Below are positions 8,323 to 17,610 of a stretch of 64,000 nt of DNA, piece after piece (positions within the stretch are counted from its first letter, which is position 1; each line of letters begins with the position of its first letter). The position numbers and the translations under genes are program-made. Under the pieces are notes generated by a model. It was not told the origin of the DNA, did not search any database, and worked only from the letters and a program-made list of their open reading frames with translations. The DNA lies in assembly GCA_964511075.1 (NCBI GenBank), contig CAZEDM010000006.1:123255-187254 (forward strand). The letters run 5' to 3'. The stretch is from an uncultured Ignavibacteria bacterium. Lineage in GTDB: Bacteria; Zixibacteria; MSB-5A5; RBG-16-43-9.

Positions 8323-11097
8323 TTAGCATCCCGGTGCAGGTCCACCTTTGAAGAGATAATTGATCAGGTAGATTACATCAGAGACATTCTTCTGGGTATC
8401 GCAGTTGGCATCCCCTGCCTCCATAGGCACAGGTGCAGGACCTCCCTTGAAAAGGTAATTTATAAGATAGATCACATCAGAAACATTGATCTGCCTGTCC
8501 GCATTGGCATCTCCAGTCATGAAAGTGGTCGTAGCCTGGGCAGTGTCGAAATCGTCGCTGTATTGGACCAGCTCGCCCTCACTGCGATAGGACCAGGCTT
8601 GATAATAATACTGGGTCAGGGGGTCCAGGCCGGAGTCCACAAAATTCTCGGAGGTATCGTTACAGACCAACACCCCTTCTCCCTTTTCCCAGACCAGTGT
8701 ATCGTTTCTTTCAATGAACACCCCGTCTGCGGATGAGGGTTTTACCCAGGTTAAAGCTATGGTGCTACAGCTGACAGCTTCCGCAGTCAAGCCGGCAGGA
8801 GAAAGCGGCTTGGTGATAAACATAAGCTCATCACCCTCACCCCAGCCAGCCGCATTTTGGGCTTTGGCTTTGAAATAGTAAACTGTTCCCTCCATAAGGC
8901 CAGAAAGCTCCTTGCTGAATTCAGACCCATTGGCAAATATCCCCAGGGATTCGCTGTTAGCATAAGGTTCTCCAGAAGTGGTATCCCAGAAAAGCCAGCA
9001 GGTTGCCTCATAGCCGGCATCATCCTCCAGATAACCGTGAACGGTGGCGTTGTTCTCCTCTACTCCTGTGGCAGGATAGGTGGAAACCGCCGGGCTGGCA
9101 ACCACAGCCTCCGCTTCATAGGGCAGGTAGTTCTGTTTGGTAACGGTCACATACATCGTACCGTTGGTCTGCGGAGCGGGGCTAAAGGTGAAATTTCCAC
9201 TGGTATTGGTATATGCTCTCAAGTAGACCTCACCATCTTTCCACAGACAAACGTAAGCTTTATAAATCGGTGCGGCAGTAGTGTAACTCTCCACATGCAC
9301 GGGGAAGGAGGAAGTACCACTTGGGAGCATGGAGGGAAAACTCACTGCAAAGCTATCCGGCTCATCCGTCCACACAGTCATCTCCGGCTCTCCCAGGAGG
9401 TTAAAGGTCCATTCGCATTGTTTCTCCGTATCACCGGAATGGCTGGAGTTATGCTTGCAATCCGCCAGGATCTCACCCAATTTGTACTTATAGCGGGTGA
9501 AAAGCGCTCTCCACCACTGCAGGTCCAGAGCTCCGGATAAACCATTGGGACTTCCAGGAGAGTACCAGCCGTGACGGGTATTGCCGGTAAAGGCTACACC
9601 TGCCTGAGAAGGGTTATATTCCACAAAATGCTCAGCGATACAATCGCTGTAGTCCATCTGATTCGCATTACAGCCGAGGGAGACGATAACCGACATCTGA
9701 TCGTCGTTGGCTAAGGCATCCACGTTGGAGTTGGATATGCCCTGCCCATGGTGAAAATCACCTGTGCCCATGTAAGTAGCTGAGGAATGGTCTGCATGAT
9801 TAACTAAATTCTGCCCGGCATTCAAAGCATTCAACACTTCTGTTTTGTGGTTAGTTGCATAGCTGTCATACACTTTGGTTATGTTGAAACGCGCAGGGAT
9901 ATAGTAGTTCACATTCTCCTTTAAGTCCTCACAGGGGGTTGAAGCATCCAGGTCCATACCCACAAGCAAAACATCCAGAGGATACCCTGTCCGGGTCGGG
10001 TCTTTCTCGTATTTCAGGACCTTGTTCACGAAAGTAGTTACCGCACCCGAGCTTGCCACCGGAATCCTGCCTACGAAAACCTCATTTGTCCAATCATCGT
10101 CATAATCTGAATAATACTGATCAGAGGGGGTATAATCCTCATGATAGGTCCGGTACTCAAAGGGAACGGTTGAAACCTCGCCTCCCATCAGAAAATAGAC
10201 TGTTCCCCAGGTGGACTGCGCATCGATGATGAAATTACGGACTTTCTGCTGGTTAGTAGCTCCGCTGTAGATTGAATATATATCGGTCACAGCCACCACC
10301 GTATCGGTCAAGCCTCTTTTGATGTGCCAGTCAATCAGTGGCTGAAAATAAGAGGCATAGGAGCTGGAGGTGACGATCACATGCTCGTAGGAGCCGGCCG
10401 GGAGAAGAGCTTGGCTCCCCATTTTGATGCCGGTACTCAACTGCACGTCTTCTGAATTTACCACCATATCCTCAACCATCTGCTGGTAGATCTCTCTGCT
10501 TTTCTCCGAGATATTAGGTGAGAGGTAATCACCACACTCATATCCAGCTGTGCCTTCTATCTCTATGTTAATAGAGGTATAAAAGGTAAGTTTTCTTTCG
10601 GCTGGAACATATTGCAGGGGATAGAATTGAATATAAGCTATACTTTGCCCGGCTAAATCACTCTGATTCACAAATTCAACCAGCTTTGCTGGATAAGGCT
10701 GAGCAGAGGAATAGGTCACCGGATCAGGCTTTATCAACTCAAAATCCTCGTCCGAAGAGCTTATCTTTCTTGGAGGCTGAGCCGGGAAGATATAATATTC
10801 GCCCGGAATGACCTCGGATTTTGTATCAGCCACCCGCACTCCTGTTATCCTCATCCCCGCAGGAATGGCTACCCTTATCTCCTGTGACGGCAGCATAGGC
10901 TTTGCCACTTCGGAGATAAAGCCTGCCTCTTTTAGCACCACTCTGTCATAATTCTGAAATTTGTCGAAGGAAAGCTTTTCCGGGGAGAACCCAACCTCAT
11001 ATCGGACACTATAACCCTCCTCCGCTATAACCGGAGTGGGCAGAACTAAAAGAGATACTGCCATCAAGAGTCCCACGAGCAGTTTAGCTTTGCTCAT
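8323..11097 (-). CDS. Peptidase C25 (gingipain family) with propeptide, Ig/Fn3-like domains and dockerin
   Basis: Signal peptide; SDQYYSD; VGRIP; His (NHADHS) and Cys (SLGCN) dyad; NLLGEP; C-terminal dockerin. Confidence 0.88.
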   Translation of the reverse strand: MSKAKLLVGLLMAVSLLVLPTPVIAEEGYSVRYEVGFSPEKLSFDKFQNYDRVVLKEAGFISEVAKPMLPSQEIRVAIPAGMRITGVRVADTKSEVIPGEYYIFPAQPPRKISSSDEDFELIKPDPVTYSSAQPYPAKLVEFVNQSDLAGQSIAYIQFYPLQYVPAERKLTFYTSINIEIEGTAGYECGDYLSPNISEKSREIYQQMVEDMVVNSEDVQLSTGIKMGSQALLPAGSYEHVIVTSSSYASYFQPLIDWHIKRGLTDTVVAVTDIYSIYSGATNQQKVRNFIIDAQSTWGTVYFLMGGEVSTVPFEYRTYHEDYTPSDQYYSDYDDDWTNEVFVGRIPVASSGAVTTFVNKVLKYEKDPTRTGYPLDVLLVGMDLDASTPCEDLKENVNYYIPARFNITKVYDSYATNHKTEVLNALNAGQNLVNHADHSSATYMGTGDFHHGQGISNSNVDALANDDQMSVIVSLGCNANQMDYSDCIAEHFVEYNPSQAGVAFTGNTRHGWYSPGSPNGLSGALDLQWWRALFTRYKYKLGEILADCKHNSSHSGDTEKQCEWTFNLLGEPEMTVWTDEPDSFAVSFPSMLPSGTSSFPVHVESYTTAAPIYKAYVCLWKDGEVYLRAYTNTSGNFTFSPAPQTNGTMYVTVTKQNYLPYEAEAVVASPAVSTYPATGVEENNATVHGYLEDDAGYEATCWLFWDTTSGEPYANSESLGIFANGSEFSKELSGLMEGTVYYFKAKAQNAAGWGEGDELMFITKPLSPAGLTAEAVSCSTIALTWVKPSSADGVFIERNDTLVWEKGEGVLVCNDTSENFVDSGLDPLTQYYYQAWSYRSEGELVQYSDDFDTAQATTTFMTGDANADRQINVSDVIYLINYLFKGGPAPVPMEAGDANCDTQKNVSDVIYLINYLFKGGPAPGC

Positions 11098-11318
11098 CTC
11101 TTACTCCTTTTTGAAAATAGTGATACACATGACATCCATAAATTTCTTCGATTTCTATTTTCGATTCCCCCTCGTTTAATTTAAGATAAAAGCAGGTAGC
11201 TTTCGGTCTTACTGGCAGGAAAAACTTCAACTTTTAAGGAATCTTTTTCAAGCTAATCCTGATATCCTCCTTCTGGTAAAACCTACCTACTTTTGTGCCT
11301 TCTACAGGCTTTAATCTG

Positions 11319-11346
11319 AATATACAAAAAATTAGCGACCTGTCAA
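11319..11346 (-). promoter_or_regulatory. sigma70-like promoter of the C25 gene
   Basis: TTGACA-N16-TATATT on minus. Confidence 0.5.
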
Positions 11347-11482
11347 TAGGGATTTTGACTAATATGGCAACAGTTAAGTTCCCCTGTCACTTTTTTCGAT
11401 ATGATGATTGACTTAATACCGTGTGGCATCAGGAGTTTCCTCCCGACACTCAGCAGCAGGGATACCGCGTTCCGAAGGCCTT

Positions 11483-12004
11483 TTAGCAGTAGAAGGATAT
11501 AGGCTTATGTTTTTTATGAAAAAGCATCTGGTCTAACATGCTGATTATAAAAAGGATCAGTCCCGATATGAGAAGTAATCCAAAATCTATATTCAGATTT
11601 GTTAAAAGCCTGCCCATTGTCCCCCATAAAGTGGAGATGAAATCCAACTGCGGTTGAAAAATATTGGTGATTCCTTGACTTATGTATTTCCAGCCCGCAA
11701 GATAAAACATTGAACAGCCACCAAAAATCAGTCCCAGAATAATAAAAAATATCGCGGCATGATTGGCAAAAGATCTGGATCTTGCTTTTTGTGGAAGCTT
11801 TGATATAACCGAATTGGCAAAACCTTGTGAAAGCTCAAAGCCCTTATCTACCCTGAGTTCCGCATATACTTTTCTATACTCCTCCAGGACTGCCTTACAG
11901 AGCTGGCAGGTTTCCAGATGTTCTTTAATTTCTCTATTTGCTGAGGAAAGGCTGCCGTCCAGATAATCCTGTATCTCCTCGTCACTCAGATGTTTTAATT
12001 CCAT
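11483..12004 (-). CDS. Zinc-binding (ZAS) membrane anti-sigma factor
   Basis: HLETCQLC (HxxxCxxC); two TM segments; overlaps the sigma gene stop. Confidence 0.85.
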   Translation of the reverse strand: MELKHLSDEEIQDYLDGSLSSANREIKEHLETCQLCKAVLEEYRKVYAELRVDKGFELSQGFANSVISKLPQKARSRSFANHAAIFFIILGLIFGGCSMFYLAGWKYISQGITNIFQPQLDFISTLWGTMGRLLTNLNIDFGLLLISGLILFIISMLDQMLFHKKHKPISFYC

Positions 12005-12567
12005 AAACCCTCCTCCTGATATCTTGTCGAAAGCCTGTTTCTTAAAAACCTTCTTGCCCGAAAAAGGTAGCTCTTCACGGTCCCTTCGGGCAACTGCATG
12101 ATCTCTGATATCTCCGCATAGCTCATCTCCTCCAGATGATAAAGCGTAAGAATGGTCCGGAAGTGAACTGGCATCTTCTTCATCTCCGTTCTCAGTCGAG
12201 TGGAAAGGTCTCCCTTCTCCGTGTATTCGTCCGGAGAGATCCCCTCATTTACCAGAGCAGCCTGGTATGACCCCGTTGCCGGGAATTCATCCAGAGACAG
12301 CATCTTTTTTTTCTTCAGGTGATCGATACAGGCATTATAAGCTATTCGGGCAATCCAGCTGGAGAGCTTCGACTCCAGCTTGAAGCTGGATAGATTCTGA
12401 TAAACCTTTATGAACACCACCTGACAGAGGTCCTCTCTATCCTCCGGATTGAAAACCATCCTGAATACTATGTGACAGACTAAACGTTGGTATTCCTCGA
12501 CAATGGTCTTAAAGGCTTCTCTGTCTCCAGCTAAGATTCTCCTGATAAGAGAGCTGGTTTCCACCAT
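11995..12567 (-). CDS. ECF RNA polymerase sigma factor (SigW-like)
   Basis: Region 2 (DREDLCQ..F..WIARIAYN..ID) and region 4 (SYAEISEIM.LPEGTVKSYLFRAR). Confidence 0.93.
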   Translation of the reverse strand: MVETSSLIRRILAGDREAFKTIVEEYQRLVCHIVFRMVFNPEDREDLCQVVFIKVYQNLSSFKLESKLSSWIARIAYNACIDHLKKKKMLSLDEFPATGSYQAALVNEGISPDEYTEKGDLSTRLRTEMKKMPVHFRTILTLYHLEEMSYAEISEIMQLPEGTVKSYLFRARRFLRNRLSTRYQEEGLWN

Positions 12568-12586
12568 AACCTCTTTCCTGTTAATA

Positions 12587-12615
12587 TAAGACAGTTTAAT
12601 TAAAAAAATGTTGCA
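12587..12615 (-). promoter_or_regulatory. ECF-type promoter upstream of the sigma gene
   Basis: TGCAAC-N17-GTCTTA on minus. Confidence 0.7.
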
Positions 12616-12632
12616 TTTTTCCTAAAAATCGT

Positions 12633-12661
12633 TGCAACATTTCTTAACCTTATCAGTCTAA
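12633..12661 (+). promoter_or_regulatory. ECF-type promoter of the divergent membrane gene
   Basis: TGCAAC-N17-GTCTAA on plus. Confidence 0.7.
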
Positions 12662-12703
12662 TTCAAAAGATGAATTAAAAAACTTTAAGGAAAGGAGTAA
12701 GTT

Positions 12704-13066
12704 ATGGAAAAGATGTGGGAAATGATTCCCTTGATTGCAATGTTTGTGATGATACCTGTTGTGGTTAAATACATAGCGGACTACAAGACCAGAGCCAAGC
12801 TGATTGATAAAGGGATGGTGGATGCAAATGTCAAATACCTGTACGCGGACAGGCCCGAAAGCCAGATTCTCTCCTCCCTCAAGTGGGGAATGATGTTAAT
12901 CGGGGTAGGGGCAGCTGTTTTATTAGGTCAGTTAGCTCCTCCGGATTTAGTGGAGGAGTATACCATCGGTGGGATGTTTATATTGGCTGGATTGGGACTG
13001 TGCCTCTATTATCTTATCGCCAACCAAAAGGTACGCAAATTCAGGGAAAAGGAACCTGAGGCATAG
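12704..13066 (+). CDS. Small membrane protein (DUF6249-like)
   Basis: Three hydrophobic segments; R..LIDKG and SLKWG motifs; AAGGAG RBS. Confidence 0.75.
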   Translation: MEKMWEMIPLIAMFVMIPVVVKYIADYKTRAKLIDKGMVDANVKYLYADRPESQILSSLKWGMMLIGVGAAVLLGQLAPPDLVEEYTIGGMFILAGLGLCLYYLIANQKVRKFREKEPEA

Positions 13067-13193
13067 CTTGTGGGTATTAGAACCCACCTTAGGTGGGCTT
13101 TGTCTGAAGTAAAATGAAGCAGAGACGGGGAAATACCCCTACATTTCCTCTCATTTTCAGGGAAAGGATTTATGTCAATTTAGTGCTCTTTGC

Positions 13194-13246
13194 TGGTGTC
13201 CTCACCAACAAAGGTATAGTCGTAGGTCAAAAGACCAATGACCAGC
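13194..13246 (+). repeat. Dispersed double-hairpin repeat, copy 1
   Basis: Similar to the reverse complement of 24233..24284. Confidence 0.55.
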
Positions 13247-13259
13247 GAGTCAATATTTC

Positions 13260-14108
13260 TTAATCCTCTAATTCCTCACCTAAAATCGAAGCCCCGATAA
13301 AACCGGCATCGTTTACCAGCTTTGCTTTAACTATCTTCAAGCTCCTGGTAGCTGAGGGGAAAGCTCTTTTCCTTACCTCTCTTTCCATTTTTCTAAAAAA
13401 ATCTCTCCCGGAAAAGAGAGCCACTCCTCCGCCCATAATCACTATATCAGGATTAAGAAGATTCACTGCGCTGGAAAGAGCCGCACCCAGATAGCAGACT
13501 GTATCACTGATTACCTTTTGAGCATGGTAGGCTCAGAGGCATTCATCTCCACACAGCCGTAGTTACATTTTATGCCATGAAAACATAACACGGTATGCCC
13601 GAGTTCCGCCCCGGCAAAAGAGGAGTCCCGGAAAAGCTTTCCCTCCAGAATTATGCCGCTCCCTATTCCCGTTCCTAAGGTAAGGCAGAGACAATTCTTG
13701 TACCCTCTGGCTGAGCCAAATTTATATTCGGCTAAAGCCATCAAATTGGCATCGTTGTCTAAAAAATTGGACAGTCGAAATACCTCTACAGATGTTTTTT
13801 CAAGGGAAGATCTTTAAGCTGAGGCAGATTAGAGGGAGTTCCGACTACCCTTCCTCTGAAGGGGTCGATCGTTCCCGGAACCCGATCCCGATATGGTTTA
13901 TCTTGATTTTCCTTTCTTCAGCCCTAAGAAGTAGAGAGCCGATGGCTTCTCTTAGATTCCTTAAAACCCTTTTTCTGCCTCCGGTTTTACCTGAAGAGAC
14001 CACTTCACTCTTGAGGACCTTTCCCCGGGAAGAGACTATCCCGAATTTAATGTTAGTCCCTCCTATATCCACACCTATGTTGAACTCCGGTTTCACTCGT
14101 TTATTCAT
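13260..14108 (-). pseudogene. ROK family sugar kinase (glucokinase-like), degraded
   Basis: GVDIGGTNIK, NDAN, TLGTGIGSG, AELGH, LNPD..GGG spread over three fragments; frameshifts, in-frame stop and deletions. Confidence 0.88.
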
Positions 14109-14192
14109 CAGAATGAAATCCAGAATAAAAGGTTCTAAAATTCATTTTGCGGGACTGGAAGCCCTGCTTACGGTAGAGAGATGCAGTTCTTC

Positions 14193-14215
14193 GTAGGTCG
14201 GGCATCCTGCCCGAC
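14193..14215 (+). repeat. GTAG-type REP-like hairpin
   Basis: GTAGGTCGGGCATCCTGCCCGAC. Confidence 0.6.
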
Positions 14216-14240
14216 ATTTCTCGTAATTTTTTACAAATCC

Positions 14241-15455
14241 CTAATACTTATCCTTGACTTTATTATACTCCTCAACCCCCTTAGCTAAAATCCTCATGGC
14301 TTTTTTTAAATCCTCTACGTTCAGAACATAGGCTATTCGGGCCTCATCCTTTCCCATACCCGGGGTGGCATAAAATCCAGGACCCGGGGCAACCATAGTA
14401 GTAGCTCCGTTATGAGAGAAATCGGACAGCATCCACCTGGCAAAATCCTCTATATCCTTTACCGGAAGCTTAGCCATAATATAAAAGGCTCCCGAGGGTT
14501 TTCTGCAGACCACCCCTGGGATCTTCATCAGTTCCTCATAACAGGCATCCCTTCTTCTTTTATATTCATCTGCCATAGCCAGGAAATAGTCCTCCGGAAG
14601 TTTCAATGCTCCGATCGCGCCGTACTGTTCTATCGAAGGGGAGCACAGTCTGGACTGACCTAATTTCAAAGCCGTATCCGTGATCTCTTTATTTTTACAC
14701 ACCAGGCAGCCTATCCGAGCTCCACAGGCGCTGAACCTTTTGGAGATCGAGTCTAAAAGTATGGCTCTATCCTCAATCCCCTGAATATGCATGATGCTGG
14801 TATGCACTCCCTCATAGATGAACTCCCTGTAGACTTCATCTGAGAGCACAAACAGATTATACTTCTTAGCCAGCTCCACGATGTACTCCATCTCCTCTCT
14901 GGTATAAACCGTGCCCGTGGGATTATTGGGGGTGGCCAGCAAAATCCCTTTGGTTTTTGAGCTTATTTTTTTCTCAATCATCTTCTTATCCGGCAGGTGA
15001 AAACCGTTTTCCGCCTTGGTGGGAATCGGAACCAGGTTTATGTCTGCCATACGGGCAAAGCTGTTGTAGTTGGTATAAAAAGGCTCAAACACGATGATCT
15101 CCTCTCCCACATCCGAGATACAGATCATGGAAAAGATTAGGGCTTCACTCCCTCCAGTGGTTATCTGGATGTTCTCCGGCTGAACCTGTATATTCTTTCG
15201 CTGATAATACTCCACCAGGCTCTGAATCAATCGTATATCCCCTTTGGAATTGCCGTATTCTAAGACTTTATTCGGATAATTCCTGATTGCATTCCAGAAC
15301 TCCACCGGTGTGGGGATATCCGGCTGGCCGATATTCAGATGATAGACCTTAACCCCTCTTTTCTTAGCCTCATCTGATAAGGGGATGAGTTTCCTGATCG
15401 GAGATGGAGGCATCTCCTTTCCTCTTTTAGATATTTTAAGTTTGCCAATAGACAT
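14241..15455 (-). CDS. PLP-dependent class I/II aminotransferase (aspartate aminotransferase-like)
   Basis: LNIGQPD, PNNPTG, SDEVY, SISKRFSACGARIG (PLP lysine). Confidence 0.93.
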   Translation of the reverse strand: MSIGKLKISKRGKEMPPSPIRKLIPLSDEAKKRGVKVYHLNIGQPDIPTPVEFWNAIRNYPNKVLEYGNSKGDIRLIQSLVEYYQRKNIQVQPENIQITTGGSEALIFSMICISDVGEEIIVFEPFYTNYNSFARMADINLVPIPTKAENGFHLPDKKMIEKKISSKTKGILLATPNNPTGTVYTREEMEYIVELAKKYNLFVLSDEVYREFIYEGVHTSIMHIQGIEDRAILLDSISKRFSACGARIGCLVCKNKEITDTALKLGQSRLCSPSIEQYGAIGALKLPEDYFLAMADEYKRRRDACYEELMKIPGVVCRKPSGAFYIMAKLPVKDIEDFARWMLSDFSHNGATTMVAPGPGFYATPGMGKDEARIAYVLNVEDLKKAMRILAKGVEEYNKVKDKY

Positions 15456-15768
15456 ATAATCTCCTTTAAATTTCGTTTCTGTAGAATCCTGCCAAGTGCA
15501 GGAATCTTCTCAAGTTTGTGAATAATTTAACAAACTAGGTTTACCCTGTCAATCAAAAAGCTTTAAAACCAAAATCACGAGATTCATGCTGCATATCCCG
15601 ACAATAGGCAATCTAAGTTTGTTTACAGAATGGATGGTCGATTTAAACATACCTTGAGAGCAACTTAGGTGTCGTACCTGTGGAAGTCATTTTTAGGGCT
15701 ACCAACGGTTTGATTTACAGATGGGATATTCAACCTAACCAAGAAAATCGTTTTTTTCTAAAAAAGGC

Positions 15769-15797
15769 TTGACAAAATAAATAAAACTATATAAAAT
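15769..15797 (+). promoter_or_regulatory. Near-consensus sigma70 promoter about 400 nt upstream of the C1 peptidase
   Basis: TTGACA-N17-TAAAAT. Confidence 0.6.
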
Positions 15798-16197
15798 TAA
15801 AAAAAAGAAACCTGTTTTATCGTTTTTTAAACTAGGAAGATATAAGGTAATGCTTAATTTCTGTCTTCTTTATCCTCGTATTAAGATGATTCCGTCAATA
15901 ACTATGTCCGAGGAGTTAGCTAGGACGATTAGTCAAGGTTATAAGGGTAAAAGAGTTCTAGAATCACAGAAATATGTACGCAACAAAGACTTTATGAAGA
16001 TAAGAGCCCCTTAGATTAAATTCTTGGGGGAAAGGAGGAGGAGGCCTGTAAGAAGGCACGTCCCAGATATTCGCCTGTATATCCAAAATTTGAGCGTACC
16101 TGATAACGCCAGATATGACGTGGTTAGATGATACTTCGCTTGTTAGAGTGGAAGAATGTAACCATTTCACTGATAAAAGGATGAAAGGAGAGTTTCT

Positions 16198-16989
16198 ATG
16201 CCAAAGGAAGAGAAGACAATAAAAAGAATTCTTAACTGTATTCCATCACGAGAAACTGAAAGAGATTGGATGTTTGAAAATGCAATTGAATCGGAAATGC
16301 TTGTAGCACCACCAACTATTCCTGCATCCAAAAATCTACGTGAGGAATGGTGGAAAATCGCAAATCAGGGAAGCACGGGTTCTTGTGTTGGCTGGGCCAC
16401 TGCGGATTCCGTCCTTAGATGGCATTTCGTTAAAGCTAACCGATTACCGGAAGATCAATTGCTATCTCCAAGGTTTATTTGGATGGCTTCTAAAGAGACT
16501 GATCAGTTTGTTTCCCGTCCTACAACTTTTATCGAATCAGAAGGTACAAGCCTCAAGGCGGCATTGGATATAGCTCGGAAATTCGGTGCAGTACGCGACT
16601 CAGTTTTGCCTTTCAGTTCAGGTAATTTATATCAAGGCAGAGGAAATACTTTTTATGCCTTAGCTACCCAACTAAGAATTGCTAGTTATTTCAACCTCGG
16701 GACAAATTTAACCAATTGGAGAATATGGATAGTAACCAAAGGTCCAATTTTAACGAGGTTGGAGGTAGATGCTACCTGGGACAATGCAGAATCAACGCAG
16801 GGGAATCTTGATGAGTACCAACCGAATACTAGGCGTGGGGGACATGCTGTTGCCCTTGTAGGCTACATGGCTGACAGGTTCATTGTTAGAAATAGCTGGG
16901 GAGAACAATGGGGAGATAAGGGATTCGGATATGCATCCTCAGCATATGCTCAGGCAGCATTCACAGAAGCTTATGGAGTTTCCCTATGA
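16198..16989 (+). CDS. Papain-like C1 cysteine peptidase, no signal peptide
   Basis: QGSTGSC, GGHAV, RNSWG..WGDKGFGY. Confidence 0.92.
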   Translation: MPKEEKTIKRILNCIPSRETERDWMFENAIESEMLVAPPTIPASKNLREEWWKIANQGSTGSCVGWATADSVLRWHFVKANRLPEDQLLSPRFIWMASKETDQFVSRPTTFIESEGTSLKAALDIARKFGAVRDSVLPFSSGNLYQGRGNTFYALATQLRIASYFNLGTNLTNWRIWIVTKGPILTRLEVDATWDNAESTQGNLDEYQPNTRRGGHAVALVGYMADRFIVRNSWGEQWGDKGFGYASSAYAQAAFTEAYGVSL

Positions 16990-17610
16990 TAGACTAGGTG
17001 ACACTACCAAGAAACAACCAATTGGCGTATTCAAAAACATATAATAGGTAGTTGGAAGTACTCGCCGCCAAGCAAAACGGACGCCTAACACGGGGTTACT
17101 GCATTTATTAAATTTTATCCAAATCGCACCTTCTGTGATTTTCTCGTCAACCTAATAACATTATCTGCTCGTCGAGTGCATAGTGCCTGAAAAAGGAATA
17201 TAAATGAAAGAAGCATAAATAGATTTCTCCCATTTGTTTTCTTGTCAGGATGCAGAATAGCTAATCCGTGTTTCTGCCACCTTTTCGAGCTTTCCCGCTG
17301 GTGATTCATCGTTTCTGCTATCGTATTGGCCGTTGTGGCTATTTATCTTTCTTTACGTAATCGGGGTTAATTGGAAATCAGTCAAGCCCTTAAGTTAGCT
17401 GATCTTTTAAAAAACCATGCTGCTATCTCCTTAAATTAGTAATCCCGTCTTGCCCACAAGGTGGTGCTATTGATTATGACCCAGGTTGAAAGTAACATAG
17501 GTTTACTGTTTTAGAGCTTTCCATCTCACTTCTCACATTTTTTCTTGCCAATTTTCATTTGACATTAGAAAGCGTTTGTATTAATTTTGTGTTTTAAAGG
17601 ATTTATCTTT

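Noticed and set aside
17090-17112. attC-like GCCTAAC after the C1 peptidase
   Set aside because: No matching GTTRRRY end or paired inner boxes could be traced.
17380-17610. T-box upstream of valS
   Set aside because: No convincing AAnnnnGGTGGnACC T-box with a following terminator.
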